From: Curvularia clavata
Taxonomy: Eukaryota
Reading direction: 5' to 3'
Length of the DNA stretch: 64,000 nucleotides
Assembly (NCBI GenBank): GCA_023920165.1
Contig: CP089277.1
Location: 3,472,001 to 3,536,000 of the forward strand
Part shown: piece by piece, positions 48,799-61,627 of the stretch
Layout of the letters: every line of letters starts with the position of its first letter
Numbering within the stretch: position 1 is the stretch's first letter
Translations under genes and position numbers: made by a program
The notes under the pieces: model-generated
Databases searched by the model: none
What the model was told of the DNA's origin: nothing
Seen by the model: the letters and a program-made list of their open reading frames with translations, nothing else

Positions 48799-51700
48799 GA
48801 CTGTGAGCCCTCTGCAACACCATGCCAGCCGGACGCCTGCAGTCTTCCCACTAAATGTTTGCTCGCCTGACTCAAGCCTCGACTCAAGCAGCCCTGTAGC
48901 TTCATCACCACCTGCGCCTTGGCCATACTCCTGAGCAATCAACGTCACCCTGGTCCGAGTCGCGGATGCAGTCCATTGGCACATGGCACCCTTGTCACGC
49001 TCAGAGACTCCTGATCGGCATTGCGTTGCGAACAAGCAGAACAACATCTCACTTTCTCTCTCGCTCTCACACTCTGAGCCCACAGTAGTCGTATGCATAG
49101 TTTGTTTCCACAATGGCGGGCGGACACGGGTGCTACATTGAAACCACAATCATTAGCAAAACCCCTTGCATACTATGCTGCCCACTTCGGGGCCCAGCAA
49201 CGCTGTCCTGTCCTGTCCGGCCCGGCCTGTGAGGTCAAGGTCAAGTGGAAAGGTCGCAGCGACGTTGTTTGGGAACTGGCAGGCTCTGGTTTGAAAACCA
49301 CAATTGTTAGCGCACCCTCGGCCTCGCATGAGTCGCCATGGCACGCAACCACTTCATGCTGCTGGCTTCCGTCGATATCCATAGTTTACAGGTAAATGAA
49401 GCCGCGCAATTTGCAGACAATTGGCATTGGCAAGCGATCCACTCTGCCCTTCGTCGCCCCACGAAGTCACCATGAGAAGGTCAGCAACATTTGAAACACT
49501 CAAAGCAAAGGGGTTGAATAGGCCGGTTTTCTCATCAGATGTGATTGTCGCATTGCACGCCTCCACATCACAACGGCAAGCAACAAACCAGCCGTGACCT
49601 GCGAGTAACCATATGCGCTGCTCCGAGATTGAGTGCCGTGCGCATCAGGATCGAGATACGAGCGCTTCGTCGGCGAATGCTGTGTAGCCTGTCAGTTTTT
49701 CTTTGTCCCATGTCTCTTCAACGGCCGCAGGGGTCGCAGCAGGGACACGTTGCCCAAAGCGCTCTAGCCTTTCGGCCCGCTCTTACCTGATCGACCTGTG
49801 CAACCACAAACTCCACACCGCAGACGCGCCATCGCCCTCATCCAACCGCAATGCACCCTGGCCCGGTTTGTTTTGCGACACGCAGGATCCGTGCCGAGCT
49901 ACTTGGGCCACTGCAGCTCCGGCTGCACGCAAGAAAAGAAAAGCAAAAAAGAGCAATGCGTCTCGCCCACATGCTCGCTACAGTCCTGCCATGGTCGCCT
50001 CCAGCCAGGCCGGCCCCGTTGCGAGCCATCCATCCCTCGGTACTGCATGTGGCTTGCGCATCACAGCAGCCTCATCTGACCAACGACGTGGTCCGGCGTT
50101 TTTTCGGCAATCTGACATTGCTCGCCATCCATACATGGTACATTTAGCATGTACTGTACATATGTACAAGGGCAGATCGCTGCAATGTGGGGTGCTAAAA
50201 GGGCCACAGAGTCGTCGACCTTTGCGCCCTCCACCTTCGACATACTTTTTGCGCAATGGCCAGACTAGAGGCCTTGTGCATTGAGAACTGCACAGCTAGG
50301 CCTGGTGACGATCTCCAGGATGCTATGTCTCGGCTGCGCTTACCACACGCGGTGCGCTACACCACACTGCGCTACACGCACACGCTATACCACGGCAGTG
50401 CGCTTGTGACAGCGGTTCATCCCCTTCAGCTTTCCTCTCCCCGCTATTTACAGTACCTCCAGCACCTAACACAACCCTGACGTGGAAGCTATGTAATCGC
50501 CTCCCAGCCATAGCAGGCATACTGTGCATGTTGTTGAGTATTGTTTCTGGCCCGTTTACTGCAAGAGGATCTGCGTCCGACATGCGTGGTGCTAGCCGGG
50601 CCAGGCGCGTCTACACAGTACATACGCTGGCACATGAACAGGCATGGCCTGAGTGTGGTGCTGTACATACATACAGTACAATTACGGGTGCGACTAGCAC
50701 TCATACATACTACTTCGCCAGCTGCCATGGCGGTACTTGCCGCACGCTGCCCATCCCCGCCCAAAAAAGGCCCGCGGGCTTTCCAGCCCTCACCCGTCCG
50801 AGTACTATGAGCTCGCCGCGCATGCCATGGGCATATAAAAGGAAACCCACGGGACTTCAAACCGCACACGGCTCGTGGCTGCCGGCCGTCATCTGTGCAA
50901 GACTAAAAGCCGAGCCAAGCGTTCCGATACATATACTTTATCAACAGCCGACAATCCCGACGCCAACCAGCCTATGTACCTACGACAATCAACACCGACC
51001 GGCCTTTTTGCATCAAATTCTAATTCGGGGTGGCTCGCGCCATGGGCAATACGGAGTGAGGCATGACGGCCCAACCCGAGTTGCAGCGCCTCGCCTGTGG
51101 GGATAACAATACCCTTTTACCCTCGCTTGTCACGCACGTCTTTCTAACAGCACCCTCCCTCTTTCGGAACATGCGGAGGTTTGAGATAGAAATGCAAGGT
51201 ACACAGTCCACGTACCACACCGGTCGATCCATCATCTGTGCATGATTGGGCATTGATGCGGTATATGTAAGATCTGCAGTAGCTCCGCTATTGGTGGCAG
51301 ATTAGCCGTATGCCCGCGGCTTTCGAACTGTTGCAGGGTGCGCTGATACCATCTGTTATTGCAGATCCTGGTGTACCGGCAGATGCTCCAGTCTACTTTC
51401 TGTAAAGCTCTCACTACTTCGCAACACCCTGGCCACATTCGCATTTCAAAGCCGACCACGAAGATTTCGGAAACCGTTTGGTCTAATGAAAAAAGGATCA
51501 AGTCTGTGCGTTAGCTTGCCAATCGCACAAAAACTTTCCTGCCGAGGCTTTACCAAGTGGAGCCACCTCCGGAGTAACTAGGTGGCTTCCGCGATGCCAC
51601 ACGCTACAGCTCTTGCGGCTTGTTTAGTCCCGTCAAGGCAGGCATTTTGATCCGCTTGGCGTTCTTCTGGCACGTAACAAGCAAAACGGTTATCGTGGCA

Positions 51701-51977
51701 TTGGATGTCTGTGTTGCTCCTTTCGTTGAAGCTCGCCAGCTGCCCTCCAAAGTGAACGTGGCAGGGTCTTATGTTCCGGTCGAGCCGGAGCCATTCACAC
51801 AGCATTTATAATACATTGACTTTCTTTCATCACGCTTACCACATGAGCACATTCTCATGAGACAAATGGCATGTAATCCCTCTCCATATTTTTTTTTCTC
51901 TGCTTGGTCCATCGCCCGTCACTGTCACAGAGTCTGGTGCGGGGCGCACGCACGTGAAATCCTTTGATATCGTCATT

Positions 51978-51985
51978 TGACGTCA
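51978..51985. promoter_or_regulatory. CRE/ATF palindrome TGACGTCA upstream of catalase (distal)
   Basis: Perfect 8-bp palindrome about 510 nt upstream of the catalase ATG. Confidence 0.6.
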
Positions 51986-52363
51986 CAGCAAACCAGCTTT
52001 GAGCTACGTTCCTCCGATTGTTGACGTGCAAATCTGTCTGCTCTGCAACGACTGTAACAGGACAAAGGGCCGATAGGCGTCAGAGATTGTCGATTCCTCA
52101 GCATGCGAATCTGGAATTGACCACAATTGCGCTCAGGCGCGGGGCATATGGCAAAGTTGAGACTCGCGTGGCACATCGGTGTTGTTCGGCAGTCGATGGA
52201 ATCGGGCAAATCGAGATGATCGAACATCATCTATCCTGCCATTGGCTAGATACATCCACTCCACTTCCCAGCGCGTCGTCAAAGTGTAGTCAATGACCTG
52301 TCGAGGTGCGTGGCAGAGGCTTTAGGCAACGGACAGCCGGACGGTATCGCATCCACGTCGCCA

Positions 52364-52371
52364 TGACGTCA
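52364..52371. promoter_or_regulatory. CRE/ATF palindrome TGACGTCA upstream of catalase (proximal)
   Basis: Perfect 8-bp palindrome about 125 nt upstream of the catalase ATG. Confidence 0.65.
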
Positions 52372-52496
52372 AGATGTAAACACGTAGCTACGACGCGACG
52401 CCGCCGTACAAAAGGAAACGCATGCCACGGGGCTCTGGGATCGTAGTTTCGACGATTAACATTGCCAGTTGACTCAATTTTGGCAAATCGAAAAAA

Positions 52497-54773
52497 ATGG
52501 CGTCTGAAATACTTGGTCAAGCTACGGAGAAGGTCAAGGGCCTCACTGGCGAGAAGACAGGCAAGGTGGCTCAGCTTGCTGCAGTCACCAAGGACGTCCA
52601 TGACGACAAGTGGAGAATAACCAGCGACTATGGAGCGAAGCAGAGCAACACCGACGACTGGCTGACCGTCGGCAATGATGACCAAACCGGTCCCTTGCTG
52701 CTCGAGGACCACTTTGCTCGTGAGAAGGTATGCTTGACCGCATATAAGCTGCCACATTAGCCATATAACTAACAGCAATAGATTCATCGCTTTGACCACG
52801 AGAGAATTCCCGAGCGTGTCGTTCACGCGCGTGGGTCCGGCGCCTTTGGAAAATTCACCCTCTTCGAGTCGGCCTCTGATGTCACGTCAGCCGGAGTTCT
52901 TACTGACACTTCGCGCGAGACTCCAGTCTTTCTACGATTTTCCACTGTGCTTGGTAGCCGGGGCTCCGCAGACACGGTCCGTGATGTGCGTGGCTTTGCC
53001 GTCAAGTTCTACACCGAAGAAGGCAACTGGGACATTGTCGGCAACAACATCCCAGTATTCTTTATCCAGGACTCGATGAAGTTTCCCGATGTGATTCACG
53101 CTGGCAAACCAGAGCCAGACTGCGAAGTACCACAGGCCCAATCTGCCCACAACAACTTCTGGGACTTCCAATACATGCACCCTGAAGCTACACACATGTT
53201 CATGTGGGCCATGTCAGACCGCACGATTCCTCGCTCGTACCGAATGATGCAAGGTTTTGGTGTCAACACATACACCTTGATCAACGCCAAGGGCGAGAGG
53301 CATTTCGTCAAGTTCCACTTCACACCTGAGCTCGGTGTCCACAGCTTCGTCTGGGACGAGGCCCTGAAGATTGCTGGCCAAGACCCAGACTTCCACCGCA
53401 AGGACTTGTGGATGGCGATTGACAGCGGCGCGTACCCCAAGTGGAAGTTTGGTATTCAGGTTATTCCCGAAGCCAAGGAACACGACTTTGAGTTTGACAT
53501 TCTCGATGCTACCAAAGTATGGCCTGAGGAGCTCGTTCCCGTTCGGTACATTGGTCAACTCGAGCTCAACAGGAACCCTGACGAATTCTTCACCCAGACT
53601 GAGCAAGTCGCATTCTGCACAAGCCATATCGTGCCTGGTATTGGCTTCAGCAATGACCCTCTGCTTCAGGGCCGCAACTTCTCTTACCAAGACACTCAGC
53701 TCTCTCGCCTCGGTATCAACTGGGAAGAGCTACCCATCAACAAGCCTGTCTGCCCTGTCATGAACTTCAACCGTGACGGTGCCATGCGACATACCATTAC
53801 AAAAGGCAAGGTCAACTACTGGCCTAACCGCTTCCATGCTGTGCCACCTGCGAGCGAGAAGGAAGGCGGATACATGGACTACCCTGAGAAGACTGCTGGT
53901 ATCAAGGCCCGCATGAAGAGCAAGAAGTTCCGGGAGCACAAGAACCAGGCTGAACTTTTCTACAACTCCATGTCGGAGAACGAGAAAATGCACATGAGGG
54001 ACGCTTTCGCTTTTGAGCTCGACCACTGCGACGACCCTGTTGTTTATGAGCGCCTCTGTGAGCGTCTGTGCGAGATCGATCTTGGACTGGCTCAGAGCGT
54101 TGCCGAAATGGTTGGTGGCGAGCAGCCAACCAAGCAGACTCGTCCCAAGCACAACAAGACGGCCAAGGGTCTTTCCCAGATGGACTTTATGCCCGAGAAG
54201 CCTACCATTGCGACGCGCATGGTAGCTATTCTCATTGCTGATGGCTACGACAAGATTGCCTACAACGGCATCAAGGCTGCCCTGACTGCTGCTGGTGCTC
54301 TTCCCTTCACCATCTCGCCAAGGAGAAACAAGATCTTCGCCGACGGAGAGGACAGGAGCGGCTCTGGTGTTGTTGCCGATCACCATCTCGAGGGCCAGCG
54401 GTCCACCATGTACGACAGTGTCTTCGTTCCTGGTGGCGCCAAGTCGATTGAAACGCTCAGCAAGAACGGTCGTGCCGTCCACTGGGTGCGTGAGGCATTT
54501 GGCCATCTCAAGGCCATTGGTGGTACCGGTGAGGCAGTTTCGTTCATCAAGCAGGCTGTCGACCTACCTGGTATGGCATTCTCAACCTCTGGTGACGTTG
54601 TCAACAGCTATGGCGTTGTTACTGCCACGGCAGTGCAGCCGGAGAGCTTCAAGGACGCTGTCAACATGGCGAAGGAGGCCAAGGACTTTGTCAGCGCGTA
54701 CCTGTACGCAATTTCGCAGCACAAGAACTTTGAGCGTGAGAGCGCGGGACTGAACCAGATGGTTGCATACTAA
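52497..54773 (+). CDS. catA: Large-subunit monofunctional catalase without signal peptide (CatA/Cat-1 spore type); exons 52497-52727, 52782-54773
   Basis: GPLLLED..AREK|IHRFDHERIPERVVHARG (distal His), RFSTV.GSRGSADT.RD.RGF, RNFSYQDTQ (proximal Tyr), C-terminal DJ-1-like domain; intron GTATGC..CTAAC..TAG. Confidence 0.95.
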
Positions 54774-55772
54774 AGCGTGGGATCGGACATGAGCAGAAAC
54801 GACACGGAAATGACTTGAAGCAGGCTGCTGAAAGGGTTTTAGCTGATTAAACGTAATAATGATACCACTTGCCACATTGACAGTTGTGCTTCTGTATAGT
54901 TGTTGCTCGTAATCCCACACAGCAATGTTTCTGAATAGGGCCTTTTTTTTTTATATCTGGGCAGTTGTCTCGCCTTGAAACAGGACATGCTACCAAGAGC
55001 ACACTAGCGATACGAGAGCAAAAGGTGCCTGGACCCGATACACACTATTGTGCCATACCCATGTCGCACGCATACGAATCAAACAAGGTGAGCGCGGGGT
55101 AAACGCACGCTGAACTCATACTCGCCAGTTCCATCAGGTGGTGGAGGCAGAGTTGGTCTGCTCAGCCACATGCCCCACGGACGATTGGCTGCACTGACGA
55201 CGCTAGCCTCTTTGGGGGCCGCTGCGCCCTTATGATGGGCGAAGGGCGGTACAGCCATTTAGTGCTGACTCTGTCCCGTATGTTTCTTTTCATCCACCGT
55301 AGAATGCCAGCCCAAATCCATTGCGCAGTCCAGTGCGCAGAAATGTAGTCGCCTACGGGGACGCGCGAGAATCGCCTCTGTCAGCAAGCTCGCTTGTGCC
55401 GGCGATTGCGCCCCAGCAAAACGCGCTATTGCGTTCCAAACGACGCTCTTGGCAAAGTCGTAACTTACAAGCCATCGGCGGCAATTCCCCGCTATTGCTC
55501 TCACCGGTGGCCTGAACCTCGGACGCTTGATCAACGCTCAGCCCTTCAGCGCCGGGAAGGGCTGCATGAATGACTCCGACCGCGAAACCAAAGTCCCTGT
55601 AGGCGCAGCGCCCTTTGATCTGAAATACCAAACACCACGCCTCAGGCTGCTGAACCCTAACTTCCCCGTCATTCTTGCTCATACCCTTGGAGGTCGACCA
55701 CGACGGAACAAGGCGCCTTTTCACCGACGACGCCCTCTTACAAATCCCATCCCAGGAAGTAGTATCAACGTT

Positions 55773-58700
55773 ATGGATCATCAGGGCGCAGGCTTCGCCT
55801 TTGACTCCAACATGGATTTCACAAACATGTTCGCGGCCACGTCCGCAACCTTGTTCAAGCCAGCGGATAACACTTCTGGCTTCTTCCTTGCCGACGAGGG
55901 CATCGATACAACGACTTCGTCCTTTATCGATCCCACCACATTAGGCACGCCCCAGCAGGGCGCATACGACATGAACATCCAACCCGCCGCAGATTACTTT
56001 CCAACAACTCCAGCAACGCAGTTCCTCGATGCTATGCCCACGCAGTACAACAATGCTTACGGCAAGCGTCCACTGCAGCTCGAGACTGACGACTTTCCCC
56101 AGTCGAAGCGTCAAGCAACTTATGACTTTCCTCTGTTTCCTACACCACCCACAACAACAACCTCTAGCTGGGCCCTGGAGCCAACCCCCTCTACTACCAC
56201 AGTCGAAGGTCTGTCGGATGAGGCGGCTGATGTATGTGCGACGTGGTTCACCAAATACAATGTGCTCCCTGGGTACGTCAACTCCCACTGACTTCTAATC
56301 ATTACATCCTGGTCGGCTAACAGCCCCAAAGTGACAGGCATATCGATTCATTAAGCCAGCTCACTGGTGAATCGGCCGACGCAATCCGCAGCTGGTTCGG
56401 CCAGCTTTTGAAGCAAGGCATGGGCAAGGGAGGACCAAGTGACTCTGCTTACAAATCTCAAACCGCACACATCCAGCAGCAAAGCTCGTTCTGGGATGAC
56501 CACACTTACCAGACAGACCTCCTGCAGGCCTCACCACATCAGCCACTACAGATTCTGGCCGAAGACACGACCCCAGAAGTGTCATTCAACCAGGACAACA
56601 CCGTCTCTGCTACCGTTCAGCCAGTAGCCCCCATCAGAAGCTGCAAGAAGCGCTGCACGCCTACCGATGACTTGGAGTTGCTTACTAGAGACCCCCGAAA
56701 GATTTACCAGTGCACTAGGAAATGCGGCAAGCGCTATGGGCGCAAGAACGACTGGAAGAGGAAAGAAGAGGAAGGCTATCCATGCAAGTCATGGGTATGC
56801 AGCCTGTGCATCAGTGAGGGCGTGGAGAACGTCAAGCCCTGCTACAGGAAGTACCATTTCGTACAGCATTTTCGAAATATCCACGCCGATGTAGACCCCG
56901 AGGACCATGAGGAATCGAGCATTGTTTACTCGGAGACAGAATTTCCACGAAAGTGTGGCTTCTGTCGCCACCGATTCGCATCTCGACAGGAACGTATTGA
57001 TCATATCGCCGATCACTTCAAGCAAGGCAAGTGCATGCTGGACTGGCGCGATGATGATGAGAACGACGTAGACGACTCCACGGATGACGACAACGATGAC
57101 CGTCCAGGTGGAGATGGCTTTGACGGTAGCCCTTCCTCTCAACCACCACCTTTCCATCCACGTGACGGTAGCGACTCGAACTCTTTCGGCGGCCAAGGCA
57201 GCAGCGGTGATCCTACAGGACAACCTCCACAGGGTGGATTCTTCCACTTCCAGCTCTCACAGCTTGGTGAGAGCCAGCGGTATTGTGCGGTCCCACCTAC
57301 CAAACCCACTACACTTTCGCCGAACATCTCTCAGTCATCAATCTCACCTGATTGCGGAGGCACGTTCCCAGCAGATGAGTTTTCTAAGCAACAATGTCAA
57401 CTCAACGGACACAACTCGGCAACGGGAGACTACGAAAATGCTCTGGCCGGAGATGCTTTCGCCCAGTCCGTAACGACGGACAATGAAGGATCGATGGAAG
57501 AGCTACTAGATGCTCGTGGTTTGGAACACACGTGTGGAACCAATGCTGCAGTCAGCTTCGAGACCGGAGTACTGCGTTCGACTCCCACACCATCTCTGAG
57601 CCAGCCAGAGGCAATGCTGGATGAATCGATAACGGGTGAACAAGACATTGGGACCCCAGGACTGTTGCCCGACATGACAATCTCAACGCACTCTCAACGC
57701 AACAACGCGAAAGACCAGACATCAAGTCCATTGTCTCTGCCGCTCATTCCACTTTCACGCGCCTTCCAAAGCATCAAGCTCCTCGGTGCCGGCGGCTTTA
57801 GTACAGTCGATGAAGTCAGGCATCAGCAAACGGGACTGCGTATTGTGAGAAAGACACTCAAGAATCGTAACCAGACGGCACTCGACGAGCTGAAGAAGGA
57901 AGTCAATGTACTTCAGAAGCTCCGTCACCCACACATAATTCGCTACCTTGGAGCCTACTCGAAGGGCGACAAGATGTCGATCCTACTTTCGCCCATTGCA
58001 GAGACAACACTCGCAGTTTGGCTCGATAGGTCAGCGGCGCAACAGCCTGCGAACTTGTTTGAGATTATTGTCAAGATGTTTGGTTGTCTCGCCTCGTCTG
58101 TCAGATATCTCCACGAACAACGGCCTGTTGTCAAGCATATGGACATCAAGCCCCAGAACATCCTGGTTGTCGAAGGTGATCGTGAATTCCCGCACGTCAT
58201 ACTTTGCGACTTTGGTGTCAGCTCTGCAGAAGACAAGTCTGACGACCAGTCACGACCCTGGACACGCCAATACATCGCACCCGAGGTGTTCGAAGGCTTC
58301 ACTCGTAAACAAGCTGCTGACATCTGGAGTTTGGGATGTGTCTTTGCAGAAATGGCATCCATTCCGCTAAGCCAAGACAATGCGGAATGGTTGGATTTTG
58401 GTAAGGCATTCAGCGGAAGATCAGGCACGTATTACTGGCAAGATGTACCAGGCGTACAGAAGAAGCTCTCTGCCCTCGCTGAGGCAGCAAAGAGACCGGC
58501 TGAACAATCAGTCGTTCGCATGATCCAATCTATGCTCAGCGCCCAACCCGAAGAGCGGCCGGATGCGTCATCCCTCACCATGGTCTTCACTCCTGCACCA
58601 TGCTGTCTCAACTGGCCGAACGACAAGATGATTTTCCCTGGTCCGCATGAGGAGTTCCACGAGGTTGAGAAATTTGGCAAACAACACGGCATCGACCTGC

Positions 58701-60130
58701 ATGACCAGAATGCAATCGACCGTGCTGCCAGTGCTGAAATTGCAAAGACATGGCTCGACGATTGTTTGTGTACTCACAGTGGTTGTCGCCACTCCTCGAC
58801 GGATTACTCCAGTAGTCTCCCTAGACGTCTGATTGACACACTACCCGAGGGCCAGCCCGGAAGATATGTCCAAATTGTCGAGAGTATTGAGCTTTGGAAA
58901 CCGGACATACAATATGTTGCACTCAGCCATGTCTGGAGCCACGCAGAGCCTATTCTTTCGAGCAATTCACAATCGAGGATGCAAACTGAACTTGGCCTGG
59001 AAGAACTACCTGTCGCCGTAAGGAATGCGATTTTGCAAGTCCAGCAACTCGGCTTCCGGTACTGTTGGCTCGACTCACTCTGCGTTCTCCAAGACTCGGA
59101 ACAAGAAAAGGAACAGGAGTGCACTAGCATGTCTTCAACCTTCCGTAATGCGGTGCTCACGGTCGTCCTTGACCAACTGACAAGTGCCAAAACGAGCATG
59201 TCCCCCGTACCTGTACTTGAACAGTCGAATACGGCGGGCAACCCGTCGCCCAGTTCACCGTTTACACCCATGGTAGACATCGATCCGATTGCGACCCCAC
59301 TACCAGCGTCCGCTCTGCTACCAGCGGACGTTCTCGCTGCACCCAACCTAGGCTGGGATACAAGGGCATGGGCTCTCCAAGATCGTCTACTCAGTCGCCG
59401 CTTCCTCCACTTGGGAGAACAGGCATACTGGGAGTGTAACACACTCAAGGCATCCGAGACCTTCCCTCAAGGCTTACCTGCCCTCCTCTGGGAAAAGACA
59501 CATACTCAATGCAACAAAGACGAACTGCGTGCGCAGAGCCCTGCCCTGGATCCTTCCAGTCATGATCGTTCCCAGTTTTCCAAAATTCGTAAACATGCCC
59601 AGACCTCTAGGCAAAGCAAGACCATCACCCTCGGCAGGACATGTCCTACAGTTTTCCCTGTCATTCCTTGGACAGAATCGACGCTGGCGTGCCCACCCAA
59701 TGCTACCTCGGAGCCGCACCCGCCCCTCCCGTCCGCCAGCCGCCTGCGCAACTGCCAGTGGATCAAGAAACAAGGCGACGACGCGGGCCAAGGCACCGAA
59801 GCCGTCCAAGCTACCCTCAACATCCATGACCGGATTGACTGTTTGGCTCATTCCGATCACAGTCACAGTACGTGTTGTAGTTGTAGCGACAACAGTAGTA
59901 GGCAGGACAATATCCGCATGCCCGACATATGTGGGAATGCGAATGCGAATGGGAATAGGAATGGGAATAGAAGGAGTGCAGATGTGAATGCGAATGCGAA
60001 TGGAAATGGGAGTACTGCAATTGCGAATGGGAGAGTGGCTGCTAGGTTCACGGCTGTAGAGGGAGTTGCCGACTTGGGTTACAAGGGTGAGGATGATTCT
60101 GCTGCCAACATCGCCAATGCACTTGTGTAG
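55773..60130 (+). CDS. Multidomain protein: degenerate homeodomain + C2H2-like fingers + Ser/Thr protein kinase + HET domain; exons 55773-56272, 56332-60130; alternative in-frame ATG at 55566
   Basis: Intron GTACGT..CTAAC..AAG joins WFTKYNVLPG-DRHIDSLSQLTGESADAIRSWFGQ (homeodomain-like); CSLC..HFRNIH and CGFC..HIADHF fingers; kinase GAGGFSTV, HMDIKPQN, DFG, YIAPE, DIWSLG; HET LPRRLID, YVALSHVW, YCWLDSLCVLQD, RAWALQDRLLS. Confidence 0.85.
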
Positions 60131-60519
60131 TGGCTTGGTAGTAGGGCGCACCGCTTCACGTCAGTGAGTGGCAGGTCGCGTCAGTGGGGAAGCGCCATTG
60201 TGCTTTCTTACACTTTTTTTACCTTTTGTTTGTGGTACGAACGTTTTCTCATGTCTTCATTTGGAGTAGTTACGACATATAGTTACGATATACTTTTAAG
60301 TTTTTCAATTCACAATGTTGTTTCGATGATTCTGCTGCCTCTTTAGTGTGTCAAGGTGAGGTGATTGAGGGAGAAGAAACGTCTTCTTGTCATTTTGTCG
60401 CGTAGTGATGAAGGACATGTACGCGATACACTGGTGTAACTTTTCGCCAACCGGCTCCAGATAGCTTCTATTCGTATCCTCGCTCATCAAATCAAAACAT
60501 CAAAACCTCCCTTTTGCAC

Positions 60520-61627
60520 TCACGCCTCCGGCCTCACTTTACCCCTCCTCTCCCTCATCTCACCCACCCTCCTCCTATCCTCTTCAAACTTCCTCTTCAG
60601 CTCGCCCTCGGCCTTCTTCCTACGCTCCCTATTCTGGAACCGATAAAAGTCATCCGTCGCCCTGTGATTCCTCTTTCTTTCATCCAACTCCGCCTTCTTC
60701 TTCTCTGCCTCTTCTAGCCTAGCAGGCCCGGCTCTGCCGCCTCGTACAACAGCCACGAAGCCGTCTTCGTCGGGGACGGAGCGCGCTGTTTTGCGCAGGC
60801 GGTTGCGCATGGTTTCTAGGGCGTTAAATTGGGAGAGGTAGGCGTTGAGGGAGGCTTGGAGGAGGGAGGGGGAGGGGTACAGGAGGGATGTGTGAGATTT
60901 GTAGCCTTTTGTGTGTGTATGTTAGCATTTGTCCTTTTAGTAATTTGTCCAAGAACAAGAGCAGGTAGAGGGACGTAGAAAGGAAGGAAAATAACATACG
61001 CTCAACACCCATATTCTCTCCGCCTCTCCACACAATCTCCTGTCCTTCCTTGACAGCTTTCTGAACCGCCTTCATTGCGCCCCTCGCACTCTTCTTGTCT
61101 ACAAATACAACGACAGCAGCGCTACCGCTTCGTCTCAACTCGCTGCTCCATAGCTTGGGCAGCGCACTTTCTGCATCTTCGACTACGCCTTCGGCCACCA
61201 TGGCGGGATCATCAGGTGTCCTCTTTCTCTTCTTGCCCCTCGCGGCATTGTCTCCAGACACAGCGTCCTCTTTACCCACCGCACGCGGCGTATCGCTCTT
61301 CCACCGCTTATGCAGCGGCTGCGCAGGCACAGAACTATCGAATTCGACGCGTTCGACCATGGAGCCGCCCAGTTGCTCGACGAACAGCGCGCGTACGTTG
61401 GCTTCTGAGGCGTCCATTGGTACGTTTACAATGAAGAGGCTGCGCTCGTCCGACTCGCTGGGTATGCTGGGCGCATGTGGTTTTACGTAAATGTAGTGTT
61501 TGGCATTGTTGCACTGGTCTGGCAGGCCGGGCAGCGCGGGCAGTGTGAGGGGGAGAATTGTAAATTCGGCAACGGTTTTTGGGATAGATTTAGCCTTCTT
61601 AGCCGTTTGCGGCGCGGTGGGCGCCAT
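60520..61627 (-). CDS. RRP7: Ribosomal RNA-processing protein 7; exons 61627-61000, 60905-60520
   Basis: HYIYVKPH, RSLFIVNVP.D, AVVVFVD, spliced GVERYKSH..LYPS...LQ, VPDEDGFVAV.R, DFYRFQ.RE, FEEDRRR; intron GTATGT..CTAAC..AAG. Confidence 0.92.

Noticed and set aside
56321..56323. Alternative CAG acceptor in the kinase-HET intron
   Set aside because: Directly abuts the CTAAC branch point and is out of frame; AAG at 56329-56331 restores the homeodomain-like sequence.
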